64,000 nt of DNA, from the NCBI GenBank assembly GCA_027365955.1, contig DAHXLO010000036.1:83807-147806 (forward strand). Direction: 5' to 3'. The notes beneath the pieces were generated by a model. It was not told where the DNA came from. It did not search any database and saw nothing but the letters and a program-made list of their open reading frames with translations. Source of the DNA: Rhodocyclaceae bacterium (lineage in GTDB: Bacteria > Pseudomonadota > Gammaproteobacteria > Burkholderiales > Rhodocyclaceae). The first letter of the stretch is position 1; each line of letters opens with the position of its first letter. The translations under genes and the position numbers were made by a program. Of the stretch, positions 57,407 to 64,000 are shown in pieces.

Positions 57407-58299
57407 CGCGCGGCACGGCACCGCACGGCATCGAAGCCCGGATCACCCCAGACGGCCTGCTCGAATTCCCCGCCAGCTTCCTGCAGGAACGCGGTGTCGT
57501 GCGGCTGCTTGAGCCGGCCGATGCCGATCTGCATCACCTCATGCGTCTGCTACGCGATGGCGAGTATCCGCGCCCCTTCGTGATCGACGACGGCAAGCTG
57601 CGGCGACTGCATTTCACGCTGGCGCTGGTGCAAAGCGAGATGGACGTTGCCGAGCCCTTCGCGCTGCATGCGGCCTACACCCGCAAGATGATGGCCTTCC
57701 TGTTGTTCCTGCCGCGGCCCAAGCATGTGGTGATCGTCGGGCTCGGCGGCGGTTCGCTGACCAAGTTCTGCCACCGGCATCTGGCGCGCAGCCGCATAAC
57801 CACGGTTGAGATCAGCGAGGACGTGATCGCGCTGCGCGAACAGTTCGCGCTGCCGCCGGACGATGAGCGGCTCGCGATCGTGTGTGAGGATGCGGTGGAA
57901 TACTTCGCCAGCACCGAGGACCGCGCCGACGTGGTGCTGCTCGACGGCTACGACGAGAACGGCATCGTGCCGGCCTTCTGCGACGAGCGTTTCTACCTTG
58001 CGATCCGCGCACGCCTCAAGCCCGCCGGCATGCTGGTATGCAACCTCGCGGTGAAGGGCGATGAGAGCGCCGCGCATATCGAACTGCTGCGGGATGTGTT
58101 TCGCGACCGGCTGATCGTTCAGGAAGTCGCCGGCGACGGCAACCGCATCGCCTTTGCTTTCAACGACGAAGGCTACCCGCCCGATTGGGCTGCCGTCGAA
58201 CGTGAAGCGCGCGCCCTCGCGCAACGCCTCGCGCTGGATTTCACCGGCTTTGCGCAAAAACTCGCAAAGAGCGCACAGCGCGAACGACGCAGGCGCTGA
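57403..58299 (+). CDS. Spermidine-synthase-like SAM-dependent transferase
   Basis: YTRKMM, IVGLGGGSL and DVVLLDGYD motifs; TTG start overlaps the upstream stop. Confidence 0.82.
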   Translation: MTRGTAPHGIEARITPDGLLEFPASFLQERGVVRLLEPADADLHHLMRLLRDGEYPRPFVIDDGKLRRLHFTLALVQSEMDVAEPFALHAAYTRKMMAFLLFLPRPKHVVIVGLGGGSLTKFCHRHLARSRITTVEISEDVIALREQFALPPDDERLAIVCEDAVEYFASTEDRADVVLLDGYDENGIVPAFCDERFYLAIRARLKPAGMLVCNLAVKGDESAAHIELLRDVFRDRLIVQEVAGDGNRIAFAFNDEGYPPDWAAVEREARALAQRLALDFTGFAQKLAKSAQRERRRR

Positions 58300-58617
58300 A
58301 CCGCCAACCCAGTGGGGGGCGCCTTCGGTGCTGTCAAACCTCAGCCTCGAAATTCTGCGAACCCGCTCCGGTATCCTCGGGCGCGCTCTGCGTGTCCCGA
58401 CCAAACACCATGCCCCGCGGCTTCACCCTCTCGCTCGACTGCCATTCGAGCTTTGGTCTGCGCGATCGCATCGGGTTTCCGTTTGCCCATACTGCAGATC
58501 CGCCAACGGGCGGAAGTGCGCGCACTGAAAGAGAAAGCTTCGATCAAGCGCACGCACGCCACTTCGATGTGCTCGAACCGCTGACGACGCCACCGCGGCG
58601 CAGCGCAGAAACCGGCG

Positions 58618-60222
58618 TCAGGAACTGCACGACAAAGCAGAGCAGCCCGGCTTGTGGCGCGCCCACTCCGGCCGGCGCGCAAACCAGGCTTCGTGCTCCG
58701 GTTGCTCGTCGTAGGGGCGCTGCAACAGCTCCAGCAAACGCTCGGTCGGCGCCATATCCCCTTGCGTGGCGGCATCGATGGCCTGCTGCGCAATCCAGTT
58801 TCGCAGCACGTACTTCGGATTGCTGCGTTGCATGCGACCAATTCGCGATGCGGCCGGCTCTGCTTCGTCGCGAACCCGCTGGGTGTAACGGAGCAGCCAG
58901 TCAGCCAGCGCACGGCCGTGTTCGCCCTCAAGCACGCTTGGGGTGTAGAAGGCCTCGCGCAGCGGCGTAAGCCGCGCCTCGGCCGCGACGTCGGCACCCG
59001 TTGGTACGTCGGCGAGGCGACGGAAGAAGATCGTCATGTCGGTCTCTGTCTGCTGCAAGAGACCGAACAGGTCGACGATCAGCGGGTCGTCGTCCTCGCG
59101 CGTCGCAATGCCCAGCTTGTCTGCCAGCATGCGTGACCAATGAACGCCGAAGTCGATGCGATACCGCTCCAGCCCGGCACGCAGCGCATCGTCGTCGCCG
59201 ACCAGGTCGCTCAGTGCACCGGCCAGGCGTGTCAGGTTCCAGTACGCGATCTGCGCCTGCTGGCCGTAGCAGTATCGGCGCCCCTGCGCATCGGTGGTGT
59301 TGGGGGTCCAGCCAAGGTCGAAGCCTTCCAGCCAGCCGTAGGGGCCGTAATCGATGGTGAGGCCCAGGATCGACATGTTGTCGGTGTTCATCACACCATG
59401 CACGAAGCCGACGCGCATCCAGTGCGCCACCATCAGCGCGGTGCGGCCGCAGATCTCGTCGAACCAGGCCGCGTAGGTCGCGGCACCCGGTTCGCCGAGG
59501 TGCGGGTAGTGATGCCGGATCACCCAGTCCGCCAGCGTCTGCAGGTTCTTTGCTTCATTCTCGGCGGCAAAGATCTCGAAATTACCGAAACGCACGAAAC
59601 TCGGGGCGACACGACACACCACCGCGCCAGGCTCGGTTTGCGGGTTGCCGTCGTAGAACATGTCGCGCACGACACCCTCGCCAGTGGCCACCAGCGACAA
59701 GGCGCGCGTGGTCGGCACCCCGAGATGATGCATCGCCTCGCTGCAAAGGAATTCGCGCAAGGATGAGCGCAGCACCGCGCGGCCGTCGGCATGGCGCGAG
59801 TATGGCGTGCGGCCGGCACCCTTGAGCTGCAGCTCCTGTCGCTGACCGCCGCGGTCGAAGATCTCACCCAGCGTGATCGCACGCCCATCGCCCAATTGCC
59901 CCGCCCACTGGCCGAACTGGTGGCCGCCATAGCGCGCCGCGTAAGGCTGCATGCCCGGCAGCAAACGCACGCCGCCGAGAACGTCAGCAACCATGCCGCT
60001 GCCTAGTAGCGGGCGCGCAATGCCGAGCGATTCGCCCAGCGCGTCGGACCACGCCAGCAGCCGCGGCGCCGCGACGGGCGTCGGCAAGACGCGGCTGTAA
60101 GCCGCACCGGGAACCTGACGCGGCACATTGTGGCTACCCGGATCGGCCGCATGGGAGCGCACGAACAGGTCGTCGAAAACCAGTTCTTCGAACGGGCGCA
60201 GCAGAGCATCGGGGGCATTCAT
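58618..60222 (-). CDS. selO: Protein adenylyltransferase SelO (YdiU)
   Basis: YGGHQFG, LGDGRA, LKGAG.TPYSR..DGRAVLRS, HGVMNTDN and terminal LSCSS. Confidence 0.93.
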   Translation of the reverse strand: MNAPDALLRPFEELVFDDLFVRSHAADPGSHNVPRQVPGAAYSRVLPTPVAAPRLLAWSDALGESLGIARPLLGSGMVADVLGGVRLLPGMQPYAARYGGHQFGQWAGQLGDGRAITLGEIFDRGGQRQELQLKGAGRTPYSRHADGRAVLRSSLREFLCSEAMHHLGVPTTRALSLVATGEGVVRDMFYDGNPQTEPGAVVCRVAPSFVRFGNFEIFAAENEAKNLQTLADWVIRHHYPHLGEPGAATYAAWFDEICGRTALMVAHWMRVGFVHGVMNTDNMSILGLTIDYGPYGWLEGFDLGWTPNTTDAQGRRYCYGQQAQIAYWNLTRLAGALSDLVGDDDALRAGLERYRIDFGVHWSRMLADKLGIATREDDDPLIVDLFGLLQQTETDMTIFFRRLADVPTGADVAAEARLTPLREAFYTPSVLEGEHGRALADWLLRYTQRVRDEAEPAASRIGRMQRSNPKYVLRNWIAQQAIDAATQGDMAPTERLLELLQRPYDEQPEHEAWFARRPEWARHKPGCSALSCSS

Positions 60223-60382
60223 CGTCGGGGTTCTCCGGGGTTTCGGCCTGTTCTGACCACGGCGCCATGCACCGGTTCGTTGAAGATACGACCAAAGAGT
60301 GAAATGAGAAATGTTTCCGCGCCATACCGTCAATCGCCGATGCCAGGATGCGCGATGTCATCGGAATAATCGGAGTCGACGC

Positions 60383-61492
60383 ATGTCCAAGATCAGCACT
60401 GCCCTGTTCGCCGCACTAGTCATGCTCGGCGCCTTGGCCCAGCCGGCTCATGCCGAAACGGGCGCCGATCACCCCGAAGTCAGCCGCTACCCCGGCGCGG
60501 TGATTGCGGGCTACGACTTCAAGGAATACGAAGAGGCACAGCTGATCCTGAGCCGTCCGGCCTATCGCGGCGGCCAATTCACCGCTGACAAGGTGCTGCC
60601 GCTCGAAGGTCGCGTCACCTACATCCACTACGAGATGCCGAAAACAGCGTCCGCGCTGCAGGTGTTCCGCAACTACCAATCCGCGCTGAAGCGCTCCGGA
60701 TTTAGCGAGCTATTCGTCTGCGACCGACCCTGCACCGATGCGAACCTCAGCAGCTTCAAGGCGCTGATGAAGGCGCGCGACCTCTACCTCAACGGCAGCC
60801 GTGAGAACCAGTACCTGGCGGCCAAACGTGGCAACACCTATGTATCGCTGTGGGTCAATGACCTCGGCGAGCCGAACGCGTGGCTGTTCGTGATCGAGAA
60901 AGGCAGCCTGGACGACAAGCAGATGGCAATCAGCGGCGAGAGCCCGATCGCGAAGTCCCTCAGCGAACAAGGGCGGGTGGATCTCTACGGCTTCCAGTTC
61001 GACACCGGCAAAGCAGTGCTGCGCGACAGTTCGCAGGCGACGCTGAAGGAACTCGGCAAGGTGTTGCAGGACAACCCGACGCTGCAGATCGAGGTGGTCG
61101 GCCACACCGACGATGTCGGCGGCGCCGACGCCAACCAGCGGCTGTCGGAAGCACGCGCGCGCGCCGTAACCGAAGCGCTCGCCCGCAGCGGCATTGACGC
61201 CTCCCGCATGCTTGCACGCGGCATGGGGCAAACGCAGCCGCTCGCCGCGAACACCGACGAAACGGGCCGTGCGAAGAATCGCCGTGTCGAGATCATCGCG
61301 CAGCGCCCCGCCACCGCGGCCGCAGCCCAAACCGGCCGACCCGCACCGCAGCCGCAAACGCAGACAGCGCCTGCGAACGGCAACAGCAACGAGAACAACA
61401 AGTCGGCCGCCGATACGACCCGCTCGGTCATCGACAGTGCCACGACGGCGATCGACACGGCCTACAAGCTCAAAGGCCTGCTGGGCCTGTAA
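60383..61492 (+). CDS. OmpA-family periplasmic protein with DUF4892-like N-terminus
   Basis: Signal peptide, SRYPGA, GHTD, NQRLSEARA.AV and NRRVEI motifs. Confidence 0.88.
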   Translation: MSKISTALFAALVMLGALAQPAHAETGADHPEVSRYPGAVIAGYDFKEYEEAQLILSRPAYRGGQFTADKVLPLEGRVTYIHYEMPKTASALQVFRNYQSALKRSGFSELFVCDRPCTDANLSSFKALMKARDLYLNGSRENQYLAAKRGNTYVSLWVNDLGEPNAWLFVIEKGSLDDKQMAISGESPIAKSLSEQGRVDLYGFQFDTGKAVLRDSSQATLKELGKVLQDNPTLQIEVVGHTDDVGGADANQRLSEARARAVTEALARSGIDASRMLARGMGQTQPLAANTDETGRAKNRRVEIIAQRPATAAAAQTGRPAPQPQTQTAPANGNSNENNKSAADTTRSVIDSATTAIDTAYKLKGLLGL

Positions 61493-61550
61493 TCCGCCGC
61501 AAGGACGATGAAAGCGCCATAATCGGCGCTTTCCAGTCCGCCCCGCCGCC

Positions 61551-61787
61551 ATGGAATCCAAAGATCTACCGCCGCTGCCCGAGCTACGTCCAGGCCGTTA
61601 CCGCCACTACAAAGGCGGCGAGTACGAAGTCCTGGGTGTTGCGCGCCATAGCGAAACGCTCGAGGCGATTGTGGTCTATCGCCCGCTGTACAACAGCAGC
61701 GGGCTTTGGGTGCGGCCGTACGCGATGTTCGTCGAGACGGTCACGCACGAAGGCGTGGTGCAGCCGCGCTTCGCACCGCTGCAGTAG
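61551..61787 (+). CDS. DUF1653 protein
   Basis: GRYRHYKGG.YEV..VA.HSET.E..VVYRPLY..WVRP..MF motif. Confidence 0.9.
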   Translation: MESKDLPPLPELRPGRYRHYKGGEYEVLGVARHSETLEAIVVYRPLYNSSGLWVRPYAMFVETVTHEGVVQPRFAPLQ

Positions 61788-61801
61788 CCGCTTGCGCCGC
61801 G

Positions 61802-63262
61802 TCAGATGCGCAGCGGTGCACTGAGCGGCAGACGGATCGTCACGGTGGTGCCGACATCCAGCTGGCTTTCGAGCCGGATGTCGCCCCCCAGCACACCATG
61901 CACCAGGTTGTAGGCCACATGCAGCCCGAGGCCGCTGCTGCCTTGCGCCAGGCGGGTCGTGAAGAAGGGGTCGAAGACCTTGTCGATCTGGTCTGCGGCG
62001 ATGCCCGCTCCGTTGTCCCGCACGATAATCTCCACCCCTTCGGCCACAAGCTTCGCGCCAAGCTCCAGTCGCGCATCGCCCCTGCCGGCGAGCCCATGCA
62101 CGAGTGCGTTGTCGACCACGATTGAGAGTACTTGCTGCAGAGCCGCCGGGTAGCTGTCGAGCATCAGCCCGGATGGCGCGTCGAGCACCAGCGTGCCGCG
62201 CAGTGCACGCAGTGCGGATGCAAATAGGTGGGCGATGTACTGCAAGGTATCGCTGACCGAAAACGCGGAGCGCACCGACGCCGGCTGCTCGACCGCGACG
62301 GCCTTGAAGCTGCCGACGCTGGCCACCGCACTGGCGATGGCCTTTTCTAACAGCTCCGCGGCTTCCGAAACATCGCTGATGAACGCGCGGATGTCGGAAC
62401 GCCGCAAGCTGCCTTGTGCAAGTTCGCCAAACGCCTCGCAACGCGACAGCAAGGTAGTGGCGAGGACCCGGGCGTTGCCAAGCGGGGTATTCAGCTCGTG
62501 CGCGATGCCGGCGACCATGCGCGCGAGGCTGGCAAGGCGGCGCGCCTCCAGCAGATCGCTCTGCGCCCGCTGCAGATCCTCGAAGGTTTGCGCCAGTTCG
62601 ACGTTGCGTTGCTCCAGATCGCGCGTACGTTCAGCGACCCGCTGTTCCAGCGTGTAGTTGAGTTGCTCGTAGCGCGCATTGCTCTCGGCCAGTTCGGCCC
62701 CGCGCCGGCGCTCGGCCTCGTCCATCGCCGCGCGCTCGATGGCGATCGCCGCCAGATGCGTGGACGCGCGCACCGCGTCGCGGTGAAACGCCCCCGCGCC
62801 GCGACACTCGGCGAAATACAGCGCAAACGTGCCCAGGATGGCGCCGGCACGCGCACGTATCGGCGTCGACCAGCACGCTCGAAGGCCGTGAGGCAACGCA
62901 AGATGTTTGTAGTGCGTCCATAACGGATCGTTGGCGATGTCGGTCACTTCTACCGCTTCGCCGCGGTAGGCGGCAGTGCCGCAGGAACCGGCCGCCGGCC
63001 CGATCTCGACCCCATCGATCGTCCGCACATACTCATCGGGCACACTTGGGGCGGCGCCATGACGCAGATGGGTGCCTTCGAGCAGCAGCACGGTGCAACG
63101 GACATCCCCGGCGAGCCGTTCGACACCGCGACACAGCAGATCCAGCGTGTCATGCAAGGGTTTGCCTCGCGCGACGGCTTCGAGGATGTCGTTCTGAAGC
63201 GCGAGAAGCTCGGCACCCCGCTGAGGGCATTCGAGTCTCTCCAGTTCCACCGATGCAGACAT
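61802..63262 (-). CDS. GAF-domain sensor histidine kinase
   Basis: GAF GSCGTAAY and CWSTPI, H-box AHELNTPLG, N-box NALVHG, DNGAG and GLGL motifs. Confidence 0.9.
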   Translation of the reverse strand: MSASVELERLECPQRGAELLALQNDILEAVARGKPLHDTLDLLCRGVERLAGDVRCTVLLLEGTHLRHGAAPSVPDEYVRTIDGVEIGPAAGSCGTAAYRGEAVEVTDIANDPLWTHYKHLALPHGLRACWSTPIRARAGAILGTFALYFAECRGAGAFHRDAVRASTHLAAIAIERAAMDEAERRRGAELAESNARYEQLNYTLEQRVAERTRDLEQRNVELAQTFEDLQRAQSDLLEARRLASLARMVAGIAHELNTPLGNARVLATTLLSRCEAFGELAQGSLRRSDIRAFISDVSEAAELLEKAIASAVASVGSFKAVAVEQPASVRSAFSVSDTLQYIAHLFASALRALRGTLVLDAPSGLMLDSYPAALQQVLSIVVDNALVHGLAGRGDARLELGAKLVAEGVEIIVRDNGAGIAADQIDKVFDPFFTTRLAQGSSGLGLHVAYNLVHGVLGGDIRLESQLDVGTTVTIRLPLSAPLRI

Positions 63263-63368
63263 CGCGGCACTCCGGTATCAGGTCGATCAGCGCTGCAATC
63301 AGCTCATCAAAGCCGCCTCATGATGCGCCCCGCCGGCCCGCAAGTACAGGCGGACCGGAACCGCGCGC

Positions 63369-63869
63369 CTAGTCGACCGACAGGTAGCGGTAACGCCCGG
63401 CGTAATAGATCAGCGGTTCGCCTTCGCCCCGTTCAAACGCCTCGACCTGGCCGATGAACAACAGGTGATCACCACCGTCGTGGCGGATGCCATTGCGGCA
63501 TTCAAACCAGGCACAACAGTCCTGCAGAAGCGGCGCGCCAGTCACACCTTCGCGCACATCCAACTCGGCAAACTTGTCCTCGGCACGCGTCGCGAAGCGC
63601 TGCGACAAGGGCTGCTGGTGCGTGGCCAGCACGTTGATTGCGTAATGGCTGCAGCGTTCGAAGTCTGCCAGCACCGGAAGGTGACGCGCAAGACTCCACA
63701 ACACCAAAGGAGGGGTGAGCGACACCGAGTTGAAGGAATTCACCGTCAAACCAATGCGTCGGCCCTCCGGCGTCCGCGCCGTCACCACGGTGATGCCGGT
63801 GGCAAACATGCCCAGGGCACGACGGAAGGCAATCGTGTCGAACTCGGGCGAATCGTCGGAAACGGACAT
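63369..63869 (-). CDS. Flavin reductase-like protein
   Basis: FRRALGMFATGITVVT, SVSLTPPLVL and GGDH motifs. Confidence 0.9.
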   Translation of the reverse strand: MSVSDDSPEFDTIAFRRALGMFATGITVVTARTPEGRRIGLTVNSFNSVSLTPPLVLWSLARHLPVLADFERCSHYAINVLATHQQPLSQRFATRAEDKFAELDVREGVTGAPLLQDCCAWFECRNGIRHDGGDHLLFIGQVEAFERGEGEPLIYYAGRYRYLSVD

Positions 63870-64000
63870 GCGGAAAATCTCGGTCGCTGCGGAGGCCGGA
63901 TTATGCTGCGCGCCGCGGGCCTCGTCGACCCGGCGAGCAACAGGGGCATTTCGGGATTCAAGGCGGCCAGAATGTGGCCGTAATCAATTTTGCGAGCGGC

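Noticed and set aside
58300-58617. 320-bp intergenic stretch between convergent genes as an ncRNA or riboswitch
   Set aside because: No recognisable motif, and it is not in a 5' leader position.
58618-58650. Selenocysteine read-through in SelO
   Set aside because: The C-terminal Cys codons are TGC, and the TGA follows the conserved terminal Ser-Ser, so it is the true stop.

Overview
GC-rich proteobacterial window (probably a Betaproteobacterium; that is inferred, not shown). Bases 1-47488 are the distal part of an ICEclc/PAGI-2 (PFGI-1 class) integrative conjugative element. Its backbone runs on the minus strand: coupling protein TraD, PilL, helicase, DUF3577/DUF3275/DUF3085 gene run, TopB, Ssb, InrR-like, ParB/Shi/ParA, AlpA and BisR-like. 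The element ends at an 18-bp copy of the tRNA-Gly(CCC) 3' end (47471-47488). The integrase, relaxase and most mating-pair genes are outside the window. Three defence-like insertions sit at three separate backbone junctions: a two-methyltransferase plus PLD-nuclease restriction-modification-like cassette, a stand-alone SIR2-like gene, and a HEPN-motif/LOTUS fusion gene bracketed by copies of a 17-bp palindrome. The small-gene region (12.3-20.0 kb) has two families of repeated, hairpin-forming non-coding elements. A 12-kb cargo operon (TetR, ABC efflux system, beta-CASP hydrolase, LOG protein, LpxR-like protein, cytochrome c') lies between LysR paralogues. Beyond the att site are an ISL3 remnant, a sigma32-type heat-shock cluster (HtrA, two Hsp20, an unknown protein, GroES-GroEL), a tandem-GGDEF protein and ordinary chromosomal genes (dbpA, DinB family, spermidine-synthase-like, selO, OmpA family, histidine kinase, flavin reductase). 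Family names come from motif recognition by eye; no database searches were run.
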